Notes under the pieces: generated by a model | The model's input: only the letters and a program-made list of their open reading frames with translations | Database searches by the model: none | Told to the model about the DNA's origin: nothing | In this document: in pieces, positions 1-14,599 of the stretch | How the letters are laid out: each line of letters starts with the position of its first letter | Position numbering within the stretch: the first letter of the stretch is position 1 | Program-made: the position numbers and the translations under genes | NCBI RefSeq assembly: GCF_009914755.1 | Contig: NC_060936.1 | DNA from: the human T2T-CHM13v2.0 reference genome, Homo sapiens | DNA length: 64,000 nt | Strand: one strand, 5' to 3'

Positions 1-194
1 ATAATGGGAAATAGAGAATGTGAATCTTCCATATTGTGGTATTATTAAAGAGCATTAAGTAACGAGCTGGTAGGTTCTTTACCTCTTATTCATGTATTAC
101 TCAGAAATGCCTCACTTTTCTGGAATTCCAAATCTCTCAGCAATCATATTCAAATGCCATCCCTTTTACTAACACACATATAAAGTGGTGATAG

Positions 195-219
195 TTTTTT
201 TTTTTTTTTTTTTTTTTTT
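195..219. repeat. poly(T)25 tract
   Basis: 25 consecutive T read directly. Confidence 0.95.
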
Positions 220-1915
220 CATTGAAACCTACACTTGGCCTCTGGAGACAACTGAACTTATTTATAGCAGTGCAGGGATTCATTTTTAAAATTACTTTCC
301 CATGTCGTCTATGACACATAAAAAAGAAAGGCGTGCTCTGAGCCAATTGGGATAGGGATTATGTATGGCATATGTAGCAACTGCTCCTCTCTTCCTGTTT
401 TGTACATGTGTCCAATAGAGGAAGAGCAGCTGCATCATTTGTCATTAAGTATTAGGCAAGTAAGGGCTTTGTCTGGGGAGAATGACACAGAATAAACATT
501 TCCCACCTTGGAAATAAATGTCTCCTATTGGCTTCGATGTGTGTGTTGATAAACGATTTTCGATTGCCTAAGGATTTCTCTGCTAATGGGAGGCCATTAC
601 TTTCTACAACGTTCAACAACACTGATATTATCCCGCGATGCCAATGCATTTGTGCTCCGTGGCAGTCATGGAGACTGAAAGTGCCTGCCAAACCAATGTG
701 TGACAGGTCACATTTGCAATGCCAGTGCACAGTTACCCTCTGCAGAGCTTTGCTCTCCTGGGATACTTCTATTCTTAACTATTCATCGGAATTTAATTAC
801 TAGCAGACTTTTCATCCTGAAAGTTGCCACCACCAGCTAATTTCAACAATACAAGAAGCCCCAGTGTCATCCAAGAAGGCCACCTTATACAAAGTACCTA
901 AAATAGCTGCAAGGTTCTCAAGTGAGTATTCATAGTAAGAGAAAAGAGTGCACGCTGGCCAAGTTAGAAGTGGGATCCTGGAGCCAGCCTCTCATTCTTG
1001 GCAAACAACGCAAATGCAGCAGGCCTCTCTGTGATAGCAGCGTGGCAGCGAATGAACAGCTCCTTCTCTCCCTTTAGAAAATGTTTAGGGCCATCGTTAC
1101 AGAACTCTTTTCAGGCTTCAAGTTTTAATGTTCTGGTGGGAGAAATGAAAGTATCATTTCCCAACACATTAGAAAATGCCTAAGGTACACAGATAGGATG
1201 GGCTACCTGTTTGCCTTATTTCGTATATCCAGCCAGATTGTCTACATATTGCCTTCTGAACATACCTTCTACTCTCTCCTTTCCAAATATCTGCTTCCTT
1301 TGATTTCTGCCAAACGAAATGTTTGCCCCACCACCCTGCCCTACGACCATCCTCTCTGATAAGCAAGGTACTCAAATAAACTATATCTTAACAAATAGTT
1401 ACCCCTGTAGCATGATGTACTTTCAATTGGAGAGCAGAGACCAAGGAAGGAAAACGAGATTTCAGGAATCATGCACAACATAATGGACCCAAAGAAGACA
1501 ATGGCAGAGAAGTGAAGGGAGAGATGCCAGAGGGCATCACTCAACAGTACTCTTACTGTTCTAGGGACACTGATAGATGGACCGCATGATGTACAACATA
1601 AGACAACAACAAGGTTATGTGGATAAATTCTATAGTAAAATACACTTAAGAAACAGTAGTCCAAATAATTAAAATACATTTATTTTCTGCAAGATTTCCC
1701 AGAGCCTGATGTGTGTTGTTATTCTCCAAGAAGTAGATACATTTGACCCAGGATTCCCCCTCCTCCCTTTTTGGTAATAACCTCTCTTAGAACTAATATT
1801 CCATGGCACACGGGTTTTAAAAGAGTTTCTCAGAAAAAAAGGAGAATTAAGCATATGATAGAAATGAAATGGTTTAAATCTCGGGATGACTGAAAAATAT
1901 GTACATTCTACCCAG

Positions 1916-1920
<5 letters not shown>

Positions 1921-1973
<53 letters not shown>
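1921..1973. repeat. (TA)n microsatellite, ~26 units
   Basis: Pure TA run. Confidence 0.97.
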
Positions 1974-1976
<3 letters not shown>

Positions 1977-2169
1977 AATCAAAAGTTGGGTAAAATATAA
2001 ATTAAGTAGGATAATATATGAATAAAGGGATAGATTCTGTGTGATATCTCTGTCTTGACCTAAGGACAATGACATTGTTGCTGGTTTATAGGGTTTTGGG
2101 GGGTAGTAGGGCACCCAACTGAAGGTATTGTGCTCTTGCTTTTGAAAATATGTCAGTGAACTTTGTGCA

Positions 2170-2630
2170 CTACAACATGGCTTATAAGTCCTTTATGATC
2201 TGCATCCCGTCTCATGCTACTTTCTCTCCTTACTCCCTTTGTTCTAGTCACCTTGACTACATGCAGGTTTTGAATAACTCTCTCATTTTGGTGCTATTGT
2301 GTTGCTGCATCCCTGTCTAGAACACACCTCCCAGCCTTTTTTCCTGGATAACTCCCAGTCATCATTCAAGTTTCAATGTAGATGTTTCTTTCTCCAGGAA
2401 GCTTCCCTACTCCCTCTGCCAATGAATCAAGTCCTGCCAGACCCCCACCAGGTGCTCCCATTGCCCCTGAATGCCCATCACATTCGATTACAGTTGCTGC
2501 TGTGCCTGTCCATATTCCCCACTAGATAGTAAGTTCAGGGAGGGGACTGATCTCAGTCATACTCTCAGCCCCCAACCTCATGGCACAATGAAGCCACCCC
2601 AAAACTGTTAATTATCAATTAATTAATCAT
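2170..2630 (+). mobile_element. L2 LINE 3' fragment
   Basis: Degenerate L2 3' motifs (ttctccaggaagcttccct..., ccccactagatagtaagttc...ggcaca); boundaries approximate. Confidence 0.6.
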
Positions 2631-2959
2631 CTAGTGCAACATCTCTGTCAAGTTACTCCAAGAAGATAGTGTGATGGAATGGGGCCCTAGCACCTCCCCC
2701 CAATACACACACAGTGACAAGAAGCTTAGCCCTGACAAGCTTATGCTAGCTTCTATCAAAGGACTTGAGGATTTTTTCTCTTTATTCTGCTTCTTGAGGT
2801 TCAAAGTCCTCCAACTGATTACAATTCAAAAGTGGGACTTTTAGGGTAAGGAGAAAGTTGTGATATAGGCAATGTACACAGAGGTTGACAGATTGACCAA
2901 TTCATTCATCTACTAGCATGTAAGCTCCATGAGACCAAGAATGAAAGTCAGTCCATCTG

Positions 2960-3110
2960 CAGCAGTGTGTGAGCAGAGGAGTGGCAGGATAATGCTGGAG
3001 AAGGCAGGAGGAAACTGATCACACAGGGTCTTGTAGACTAGTAAGGATTTTTGTATGAAGTACCAGGACACAACTTTATTATACAGGGCTTTTAATGTTA
3101 AAGTTTTATA
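2960..3110 (-). mobile_element. L2 fragment
   Basis: gctggagaaggcagg...gatcacacagggtcttgtagactagtaaggatttt resembles antisense L2. Confidence 0.45.
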
Positions 3111-4277
3111 ATGATCACTTTTCTCATTCTGTAATTCTTCCTTATTTCTATCACCAGCCCAAAAAGAGAAGCAATTCTTTCTTCTTCTTTTAGTGCTTCT
3201 GTTCATTACAGAAGCAAAAATATTCAGGCTATTTTTTTCTTTCCCTTGAATTAAGGCTGGAATATATGCAGGCATCTCTTAATATGTTATATCTCTATTC
3301 AGTCTCATTTCTGATGCCCCCAACATACTCCATCAGAAAAATCAATCTGAACTTCAGCTGAGGACAGAGTTAAAGCTTTCCCTAGGATCATGTGTGGTTG
3401 GATTGGGGGTTGAAGGTAGGTGGTGGTTATTCCACATGCCAGGGCAAATGAACATGAGATCCAGCCCACTAAGAACTACCTCTATCATTATGTATCCAGG
3501 GTATTTCTAATAAAAAGAATGAGGAGAAGCTAGAGAAAGATAATTTTATCAAAAATCAGAAATTAGATAATTACCACAATTAAGCACTAAATTAATTCTG
3601 AGCTTATGATTACCCAAGGCAAAAGACAGTGTCATGGGATATTTCTGTCTAGCAGAAGGAAAGATATTAGTTTTTAAGGAGAGAATAACTTTTTTTTTTA
3701 CAGGTTATAAAATCAAGGACAAATTACTTATATGGAATTTAATCATAGAGACTTAGAGAAATCCAATGGAAAATATGTTTTCTAAAATATTTCACATGTA
3801 TTTCTCATGGCCATTTCTTATGCCAATTCTTGATTAAAAACAATTGAGATCGTGGCATATAATTGTGGTTACATTAGAACATTTTGATGAGGCACTGGAC
3901 TTATATAATCCAAATATATTACAGTTATTACCCAGAATATTATCAGATAGATGGTTAGCATTTGCTTTGGCTATCCACAAATATGTCATTCATCTTAATC
4001 AATGTTTTAATAGAAAGCTAAGATTAGGATTTCTGAAAAGTATCTCCAGTACAGATAGTCCATTTTGCTTGAAAAGAGATCTGTAGGATTTTTAGATACC
4101 AAATGATTAATCATACCTGAAAATACAATACTTTGTTGCACCAACACACAATAATCTTCCTGAACAACAATCCCTCCCTAATGGCCATATATTCAGAGGT
4201 TCATGACAGTTCATATATTCTGTGGTCTCTGCTTCCATGGGCTCACTGCCTTCCAGTCAGTTTTTCTAAGTAACTCT

Positions 4278-4335
4278 TACTTTTAGTCCCTGAACTTCAA
4301 ACCTATTACTTGTAGTCCCTGAACTTCAAACCTAT
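4278..4335. repeat. 29-bp tandem duplication (2 copies, 1 mismatch)
   Basis: tactt(t/g)tagtccctgaacttcaaacctat at 4278-4306 and 4307-4335. Confidence 0.95.
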
Positions 4336-4556
4336 CCTATGTTCTGCAATGCATATATCTGGCTTTGCTTTCATACTGCTACCTGATCTTATTATCTTCT
4401 TCCTGTCAAATAATCATTGCATTACTAGGAGAAGAAATGAGGATTTACAATGTAACTTACAGCAGAAGGATGAGGAAGGAAATTTTCAGCACTACAATAA
4501 GGTCAAGTTAAAACTATGTGTTAGAAATCTCCCATCAAAAATGTTTACGCTATAAT

Positions 4557-4838
4557 AGCACTATCCAATTGGAAAATAGTACAAACCACGTATGCAACTT
4601 AAAGTTTTCTGGTAACCATAATTTTAAAAGTAAAAAAAAAAACAGTAAAATTCATTTTAATAAGTCTAAATGCAATATATCCAAAGTACTATTATTTCAA
4701 CATGTAATACAAATTTTTAAAAATATATTGAGATGATTCAAAATTCAGTGTGTGTTGTACACCCACAGCACATCTTAATGCATTCTACCTACATTTGAAG
4801 TCCTCAGTAGTCACATGTTACCATACTAAACAGCATAA
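4557..4838 (+). mobile_element. MER33-like hAT-Charlie MITE
   Basis: agcactatccaatt...aaaattcattttaata...atttcaacatgtaat...acagcacatct...acatttgaagtcctcagtagtcacatg...aacagca follows the MER33 layout. Confidence 0.75.
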
Positions 4839-5189
4839 CTCTATAATATAGTATTATGCCCCTCAGAAAGCTTTTAGGTAAACCTCAGTCTACAGTCCTG
4901 AAAAATATTATGAGTGGCAGAGCTAATGCTGAATCAATATTTACATTTTATGTAATACTTAGCATGCAATTAGAGAATATATTGATTATATTATTTATTC
5001 AACAAATATTTATCAAGTCATTAAAATATGCTATGCCAGGTAAGATGTTGGTAGATCCTTTGAAGGGTACTGTCAACACTTACTTCCTGATTGTTTTACA
5101 AAAGAGTGATCAGCTTTGCCCCTTTGAAGTATACAGACATGATACAATTTAGTCTCCTTTGTTCTTCTGTGTAGAAAGAAGGACCAGGA

Positions 5190-5577
<388 letters not shown>

Positions 5578-7031
5578 CTAGGAGAGGTTGCAAGAACACT
5601 TTGAACAGTGCCTCAGGGCTGAGACTAAACACAAAACAATAACATTTATAACATGCTGACATTTTTAATTGTGAAAGAAACTGTATATGACTTGGAAATT
5701 ACAGAAAACAAAGAAAGAAATCACTCATAATTCAACAATTTCTATGTATTTCCATTGCACATTTTGATGCATTTCCTTCCATCCAGTCTTTTTGCCCAGT
5801 CCTCACCATTTATGTCCCAGACCTGACAAGTCTGAGCCATGAGAGAATGTTATGCTTGCCTTTGATATCTAACTTGTGATGATGTGAGCCCCCACCCCCA
5901 CTCCCACCAGCTTGATTCCCAGGAACTAGCTGGCCCCCAGGGGTCTCCTGGCTGCAGTCTCCCAGGTAGGACTCCTGCTGTCTCAGGAATGCCCCACAAC
6001 CCCCGTTTCTCTAAGCTGGCTGGCTTCTTACCTTGCACCTCACTGTGCCCCTGTGCCTACCATCCTCACAACATCACCGCTCTTCAGGGACACCAGTCTG
6101 CAGCTAATCTAACTTCACCTAGCCCAGTGAGGGGCTTCTGCAGGTTCCACTCTGAAGCTCTTACTAAGGGTCTACAGACCCAAACTCACAGCATTCTGCC
6201 AGTGATTAGGGCTAACTCAGCTCACACTCATCAGAACTCTCTAGGCATTTCTGTACCTTAGAGTATAGCCCTGACTCAACCCCTAAATGGAGGCCGCTTC
6301 ATTTTCAGAGCCAGAATTAGCCTCTTCCCAGGATGACTGGACAGCAGGAGCACATGTTCCTTTATGGAAACATCTCTCACAAACAAGGCTGTGGTCTGGT
6401 TCTGTGGCCTTAGCACGATCATTACAGCAGCCTAACTATGAACTTCTCACTGCCTGGGCTAGAGTCTTGTCTTGTTTTCTGTTTCTCTTCTTTTTCCGCT
6501 TTTTCTTTCTCTTTTTTTCTTTCTATTCACCTGCCTTTCTTCTGCCTTCCCTGCTTCCTTCCTTTTTCCTTTTTAAAATTTTACTTATAGAAAATGGTAT
6601 CTTAGAAACATTCTTCTGTTATAAAAGTACAATATATTCTCATCACGAAAAACGGGAAAATTCAAATAAACAAAAAAAGCAGAAGAAAAAAACCTCATGA
6701 ATGTAGTATTTCCGAGCTAACTACCCTGTAAATCTAACACCTTGATTATCTTAAGAATCTGAAAGCTCAGGCACCTCAAGTATCAGAACCCTGAGATAAC
6801 TCAGAAATCTGAAAAGTTGGTTGCTAAACTAAAGCTTTGATTGATAATAAATTAGTGTTATCTTAGCAAGTTCCCAAGTATAGGTAGGTATTTATGTAAA
6901 AGTTTATCATAATAATTTCACTTGCTGCTTTATTAAAGGAATTGTTAAAAGTTATTTATCATTATATAAGACCAAAACTTTGGCCAGAAAATTGGAGAAA
7001 AAAAAATCCAAACTTGAACTTCTAAGTTATA

Positions 7032-7357
7032 CAGATGGTCCCCAACTTATGATGGTTTGACTTATGAATTTCTTACTTGATTATAATGTGAAAAATGATA
7101 CACATTCAGTAGAAACCATGTTTTGAATTTCGATCTTTTCCTGGGCTAGCAATATGTCGTACAAAACTCTTACATGAGATATTTGACATTTTATTATAAA
7201 ATAGGCTTTGTGTTCAATAATTTTGCCCTACTCTGGGCTAATTTAAGTCTTCTGAACACACTTAAGCTAAAATGTTCTACAGTGTAAGCTAGAATGTAGG
7301 TAGGTTGGATGTACTAAAAGCATTTTCATCAAACCATGGTAGGTTGAGGGGCATCTG
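7032..7357 (-). mobile_element. MER47-like TcMar-Tigger MITE
   Basis: TIR-like ends cagatggtcccc...ggggcatctg flanked by TA on both sides; internal tattataaaataggctttgtgtt typical of MER47. Confidence 0.8.
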
Positions 7358-7477
7358 TAAACTGCTACCAACAATATCATATCCACACACTTAGGAAATG
7401 TCGACTTCCGCTAGGACTTTCTCAGTCATTAGTGTTTCTTTTCTCTTTCTTTTGTGAACTACTAAAAATAATACAAA

Positions 7478-7650
7478 ATGGGAATCAAAAAAATCTGGAT
7501 TCTAGCTGTTTCTTTATTACATAGTATCTGTTTCCCAGATGTCAAATGAGGATAAGAAAATTTGTCTTAGAAGCTTTGTGAGGACAAAAATAAGACATTT
7601 GCTGTGAAATAACTTCAAAACAGTAAATCAATTGCATGATACATGGCATT
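7478..7650 (+). mobile_element. MIR fragment
   Basis: ctggattctagc...tctgtttcccagatgtcaaatgaggata...ttgtgagga core-like. Confidence 0.5.
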
Positions 7651-8601
7651 GTTATTTTTAGAAAAAAATATTTCTCAACGACTTTTTACATGGTTGTTAC
7701 CATCATTAGAATTGTTTTGGTGAAAAATGATACCAAACAGGATAGAATTTCTTTGCATTGCTCTACTCTTATATTTTAAAGTTTGGGGATCCAGGTGCTT
7801 GAGATTGAAGACATACCAGTGACAAGCTCAGTTTTTCCTGCAGGCACTTTGAATTCCAGCCTTCCAATTTGAACCTAACACCATTAACTTAGTTTTAGCT
7901 ACCATGTTTTTAAAGGCACAAAACTCTGTTTCTGTAAATAACCTGAACAGAATGCCACACTCACACTCATACCTCCATCATTGCTTCTCATTGGCCTTAG
8001 AGACATTTCTCAGGACTTGAATTATAAAATTTCATGAACAAACCGGCAAACCAAAAAATTTGCTCCACACCATTTAAAATGAAATAAAGTTAGTATTTAT
8101 CATTTATAAGCTTTACAGGGAACTTTGCTAAGGAGCCAGTGACTTCCATATAGAAGGCAGTGGTATATTCAAAATTTAGATGAACGTATATGATGAAATC
8201 TTATGCAACTCTGCTAAAGTTTGGAGAACAATTTTTTCACATGATGTAGAGGACACGTGTGCTACTGAGTAACAAGGAAATAAGTGTTTAGCAGATTTAC
8301 AAATCCCATGTCTGCTACTGCCCCAGCTCCGAGGGTCACAGCACCAGCAGGTGTATGGCTGGAGGCACCTGGTGTGGGAGCAGGCAGTGAGGTCCCCACA
8401 CTGCCAGTCAGCTACAAGCATCTCCCACTGTTTCTCATTTTTCCATGATTTTCACTTCTTGGGGCTCTGTACCAATCAGGTAAAAATTACATATACCTAG
8501 TTCCTTCCCATGATAGATTCTAAAGTTAAGTGGCATGATGGCGAACATGGTGCAATTTAAAGTATGCAAAAGCCCCTGTTTTCACTCTTTCTTCCTGAAT
8601 C

Positions 8602-8673
8602 TGTGTGTGTGTGTGTGTGTGTCTTTGTCTCTCTCTCACACACACACATGCACACACACAGGTACACACACAC
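8602..8673. repeat. (TG)11 followed by CT and imperfect (CA)n compound microsatellite
   Basis: Read directly. Confidence 0.9.
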
Positions 8674-10294
8674 AATTTGTTCAGATAGAATATATCATAC
8701 TACTCCATTCTTCTTAGAGTTAAACCAAGTGATGACCCCTATTTTAAATACATATTTAAGGTGAAAGAGAAGTCCTTGAACTATTATTGGTCATTAGAAC
8801 AAGATTTTGAATGAGTTGACCAAACTACCTATTCAATCAACTTAAAGGGGATGGAACTATATTCAAGAACATTGTGATTGTGAGAAAATAGGTATAAGGT
8901 ATGGGGCACTCCCAGGATAAATTCTTGGGTGATGCTACCAGGGGGTCATGCCATGCCATGGGGCCTGAGGCAGTCTTAGGACACTGGGCGTCTTGAGGTG
9001 GGAGAATGGCAGAGAGAGAGCATTCAAATCCAGGTACATAACAACCACCAGCAGACAAACCAGAAGTTTAAGCAGCCGCATTGCAATGGGAAAATCAGAA
9101 GGCCTGGGGGCCCCAGACCTAGATTTTACTCAGCTTGCATTTTCTCTATGAAAGAAATTCTGAACACTGTAATAAGCTTGTGAGTAAACAATGACTCATT
9201 AATTCAGCACTTTCAAAGAGATTCTCAGACAGGCAAAAACAATACATGGAGCCTGAACCAAAGAGAACATCTTGAACTTCTTCCAGGCAGAACAGGCCTA
9301 AATATTGGGAGGTATGTAGAAAGAGAATAAGGAGAGGATAGAAAAGAATACATAAATCATATTGCATATCTTCCTTCTTCTTTCTCCAAGACCATTAATT
9401 CAAGTGACAGAAGGTAATAAGGAATAGAAAAGGCTAAAATAAACATTAAAAGGGAAGTAAGTCACTAAGTTGAATATGCAGTCTGGGGATGTTGTGGCTG
9501 AAGGTTATGCTTCATTTGCTTTGACTTTAGGATTAATGTTTGTGGGCTTATTGAAGCTATCTAGACCCCAGACCTTTCCTTTGGTATCAGTAGACAGTGC
9601 TTTATCCTTTCTCACTCGTATCGGTTAAATTAGCAACCAGTATCTTGCTCACCCTTGACTAGTACTTCTTCCATTCACTCCACATCTCTACATTCATACA
9701 TGCACACCTGTGCACACACATGTGCAAACACACACATACAGATACATAACACCACAGTCAGCTTGCTTCAGTTTGCTGCTCTTCATAGCTAGCTCTAGCC
9801 CTAGAAACCTGGTTGTTCACAGCAGGGAATACAAACTGAATTGAGCCCTCCTGCCTTCTGTGGGAAAAACCACAGGGTCCCAAGTAAGGATAGATTTCTG
9901 GGGCCTAGAACACCAAGAGCTATGAGCCACTTTTATATGCACTTCGGCAGAGCTTCCAGGAAACAAGACAGCTGACAAGCACCTTAGTTTATCAAAACCA
10001 AGATAAAAATGCAAATAATGAACTTGAAGCAACAGCAGGACAAGTCAGATGGAAAAACATAACTCACCTCCTTTTCTCCACCCCACGCAGTCTTTCTTTC
10101 AGAGCAAGGCACTATTACCATGAGGACTATGCTAAGAATGTATGAGAGAAAGCAAGAGAGAGCTGTCTCAGGTGGGTACATTTACCTGGCAGATCTGCAG
10201 GAAGTGTTGCTTATAAAAGCATGGTTGAAGATTGTACCTGGGCTGATGATGCATAGTGAAGATTTTTGAGGTTTTCCCTTCATCCATTAGCCTG

Positions 10295-10860
10295 GCATTC
10301 GGTCACTCTCAAAACATGTATTCAGTGCTTGCTGTGTGCATAAGACACTTTGCTCTGGGGGTATGAATCAGATACATCTCTATACTCAAGGAGTTTGCAA
10401 TCCAGGAGGGAGCTGAGCAGATACACACATAAATAAGATATAAAGTAGAAAGTGATAGGAGCCCTAGGAAAGGAATTTAATGAATAGAGGTGTCAGCAAA
10501 GGTTTCTCAGAAGGGTGAAGCTGAGCCCTGAGTGAGATGGGGTCCTGCCTTCCTCACTGAGGGCAGAGAATGATCAAAGCACACACTGTGGTACCAGTGC
10601 CTGTGAGGAAGCAGCTGCACCAGGCTACAGCTAATGGCATATGGAAGGATCTCAAGGAACAAGAGCTTGGGGGTATAGCTTAGGCATGTATTTGAGGTCT
10701 TTGAATGACATGTAAGGATGTTTAAACTTTATTCTGGAGGTAGAACAATGAAAATCCAAAAGCCCAAGGTCAAGGCGGGTTGTGAAAGTTTAAGTCAACA
10801 AAGATACTGACATGAGGAAGGGGAGCCCATTCAGAAGCTATTGCAGGAATCCAGGTAAGT
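10295..10860 (-). mobile_element. L2 fragment
   Basis: Antisense L2 motifs (gtattcagtgcttgctgtgtgc..., ctcaaggagtttgcaatcc, taaggatgtttaaactttattct). Confidence 0.6.
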
Positions 10861-11355
10861 GGGGGAAGGGCCTAAGGACGAGTGGGGCTAGGAAGAGCAA
10901 GAGATGGAAGAAACAAACAAACATTGATTGATGCATGTCCCATTATTCAGAAAAAGCTGACAGCTGAAGAAGCCAGCATAGAGGGTTTTCCACATGCTTC
11001 TTGGTTTTCTCCAGCATGTTAAAGCTAGCAGCAGGGATGTGAGTAACTGGGGATGATTGGCAGTGCCTGGGAATTTGCCCTTTGTTCCAAACATACTGCT
11101 TACATAGCTCCAACTACAGCTTGGAGTAGTTGAGGTTAAGCAAAGCAAAAGGGTGATTCTAATCTTACAGGAAAGAAAGAATTAGGATTGACAGAAAATA
11201 TAGTAAAGCTGCTTTGAAAGCAAAAATAAAAAATTGACATTGGGTACTATATCTCACAAATGTTTAGACAATGGACATGTTTCAGGATATTAGTGTCTTT
11301 CAGAAATATTACTGAAATGGATTTTATCTGAGGGAAGAGGGCATCCTGAAAAAAA

Positions 11356-11648
11356 TTTGTTTTGATACAGGGTCTCGCTCTGTCGCCCAGGCTGGAGTGC
11401 AGTGGTGTAATCATGGCTCCCTGCAGCCTTGAGCTCCTGGGCTCAGGTGATGCTCACACCTTAGCCTTCTGAGTAGCTGGGACTACAGGTGTGTGCAAAA
11501 CACAGTTTGTTTGTTTTTTAAATTTTTTATAGACACAAGGTCTGGCTATGTTGTCCAGGCTGGTCTCAAACTCCTGAGCTCAAGTGATACTTCCACCTTA
11601 GTGTCCCAAAATGTTGGGATTACAGGCATGATTCACTGTGTCCACCCC
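11356..11648 (-). mobile_element. AluJ
   Basis: acagggtctcgctctgtcgcccagg...atcatggctccctgcagccttgagctcctgggctcag (J diagnostics), diverged. Confidence 0.92.
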
Positions 11649-12344
11649 CAGGGTTTCTTCACCACACCAGCACAATGTCAGCAGTGAAAGGGCCTGGAAG
11701 CTGGTAAAGCTTAAAAGATACAGACTGGACCCGAGGCACTGAGTTGGTTTAATACTGTGAGCTGCAATGTGGGTGCTCACTTAAGTGTGCCATGAATATG
11801 AAAATGCATTTCCAAGGCATCTAAACTACCCTTACCTGCCTCTGTGAAAAAATCAGTCACTATGCAGAAGGAAGGAGCTTGACATTTCTTTTATGGTAGG
11901 AATGGTTGAAGGGGTAGGAACTTGCCTCTTGGATATCCTACCAGCTAGATGTGCAGGGAAAGGCAAGCTTTTATTTTGCTCTCCTGGGCAGATCAGTTAC
12001 CACATTAAACCCAAACAAAACAACCTGGAGAAAAAGATTCATGAGGTGTCAGACGTTTAATTTCCAAAATGTACAAGAGGGGAATGTTTTGAAATCCTGT
12101 TTCACAGCCATAATTCACATGCTTTGTACTTGTATATTTCTGTAGGTTATTGGTCACATGAAGCAAATATGGAATTTCACAAGTTCTACACATGGTGGGA
12201 GGCAGGAGCAGGCTCCCAAGGTGTCAGCTTTTAATGATGTTGTATATTTAAGGAGCAATTGATGCCAGTCTAGAACCCTTTTGGCATGTGCATATGGAAG
12301 ATGTTACTGGTGTGTGACAATCCAGTTTTTATGCTACTGTGTTT

Positions 12345-12490
12345 TGCGTGCCTACTACGTGCTAAGGTCTATATACATAATCACATTTAATCTTCACAGC
12401 CACCCCACAGGAAGTCTTATTACCCCTATCTTGCAAACAAGGGAAAAATGAGGCACAGAGAAAGAAGTGCAAGAGGCAGAGGTGGAATTT
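12345..12490 (-). mobile_element. MIR fragment
   Basis: atttaatcttcacagccacccc...attacccctatcttgca...gaggcacagaga. Confidence 0.55.
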
Positions 12491-12636
12491 GTTTATCCAA
12501 TTATTAGGCCTTAAGATGCAATCAGCATTGTTGACCAGCGCCTGGTCCCACTCTTCTCAGACACTGCATTCTCTTCCTATTTTTCTGGTTGAACCTTCTT
12601 TTGTTCTTTTTCTTTAGCTTTCCTTTAAATGCTGAT

Positions 12637-13096
12637 CATTACGGATTGAGTTGCATCTTAACAAAATGTCTCTGTTGGAGTCCCAACATGTGGTACCTCA
12701 GAATGTGACCTTATCTGGAGATAGGGTCTTTATAGGGGTCATCAAGTTAAAGTAAGATCATTAGTCAGGGCTGTAATCCAATACGGCTGATGTCCTCATG
12801 AAAAGGGGAAAATCCGGACACAGACATGCGCACAGGGAGAATAGAAGATGAAGATTAAGGTAGAGACTGGGACGATGCTTCCACAAATCAAGGAATGCCA
12901 AAGGTTGCCAGCAAACCACCAAAGCTAAGGAAAGGCATTGGACAGAGTCTCCTCTCACAGCCTCAGAAGGAACCAACCCTGCTAACACCTTGACCTTGGA
13001 CTTTTAGCCTCTAGAACTGTGGGACTACAAATGCCGTTGTTTAAGCCACTCAGCTTGTGGTACGCCTTGTTACAACAGTCCTAGCAAACTAATACA
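12637..13096 (+). mobile_element. MLT1C-like MaLR solo LTR
   Basis: gtacctcagaatgtgaccttat...caaggaatgccaaaggttgccagcaaaccacc...gaaggaaccaaccctgc...ctagcaaactaataca. Confidence 0.82.
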
Positions 13097-13119
13097 CAGC
13101 TATGCTTCAGTAAAAGGCA

Positions 13120-13560
13120 CCTCATGGAGAAAGACCTCTGCCTACCTCCCCAGGCTTGCCTGACTTCATCCTCATATACTAGCCACCTGCACCCCACCAA
13201 ATAATTAACTTCTGCTAGTTTCCTGGACACCCCAAGCCATTGTGTGCCTTGTTCCCTTGCTATGATATTTCCCCTTTCTGGAACACCTCCATCAATGTTC
13301 CAGCTCAATTATCACCTCCTACAGGAAGCCTTCCCTCATTTCCTCCTATGCCTATCACTCAAGAAGTATTAACCACACTTTTCTCTGTGCTGTAGCTTTT
13401 TTTTTGTACCTGGTTCTATGGTTACCTTTACACTGCATTGTAACCTGGTATTCATGGGCTTATCTGTGTCCCCTGTGGAGCTGTCAGTCTCTGAAAGGCC
13501 AGTGCCTACTTTATTTCCTCTCTAGATTCCAGCACTGAGATGATGCCAGGTGTCAGCCCT
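13120..13560 (+). mobile_element. L2 fragment
   Basis: atcacctcctacaggaagccttccct...ctgtcagtctctgaaaggccag...ccagcactgag. Confidence 0.55.
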
Positions 13561-14253
13561 CCTTGGAAGCCTTAGGAAGGTCTCTCCAATTGCCCTACCC
13601 CAACCACAATATAGAGGACTATAAAATGAGCACATAGTGGGAGGAGACAGAGTGGTTCCCTGATTACATGTATGAACGCAGCTAGAGAGAGAATATGTCC
13701 TTCCAATGTGGGTGAGGTAGAAAAGCAGCATCTGTGACAGCATGAAGAGGAGGAAATAGGAGTTGCTGGACCTATTGAGGAATTGTCTGATAGGGAACCT
13801 AAGTTATCAGGCATCCAATCTTTTTAGTCACATTGGAAAGTAATCTCAAGAGACAGATGATTCAGGGTCCCCTGGCTCTTGGTCCTTAATCTCTGGTTTT
13901 ATATAACTCCCCTTATCCTGCTTCCATGTTTCTCAGACAACCTCTCATTCCCATCTGGATCTCCCACTGAACAAGAATACGATAAGTGCATGGATTCTAT
14001 GTGTTTCCAGTCCTTGAGCAGTGATTGCTCATGGCCAGTGCACAAAGTGGCTTTGGATTGTTTGGCTCCCGAGCAGTCTGACAACAACCAGAGAAGGCTT
14101 GGAGCATGTCAGTATGAGAATTTCTGGTCTGAATGACAGATACATTTGTCAAATTCAATCAATAAGCTGTCATTCTGGTAGCCATCCCAGTCTCCTTTGG
14201 GTTTTGCTTAGTGTAAACTAGTGAGTTAAATCGATCTTGGTTTGTATTTATTA

Positions 14254-14592
<339 letters not shown>

Positions 14593-14599
14593 CTAAAAC

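Noticed and set aside
452-803. Overlapping ~90-aa ORFs in the CpG-retaining segment
   Set aside because: Non-ATG starts, no domain similarity and no convincing splice context. A non-coding element fits better.
4278-4335. CRISPR-like repeat (29-bp unit)
   Set aside because: Only two abutting copies with no spacer, in primate DNA.
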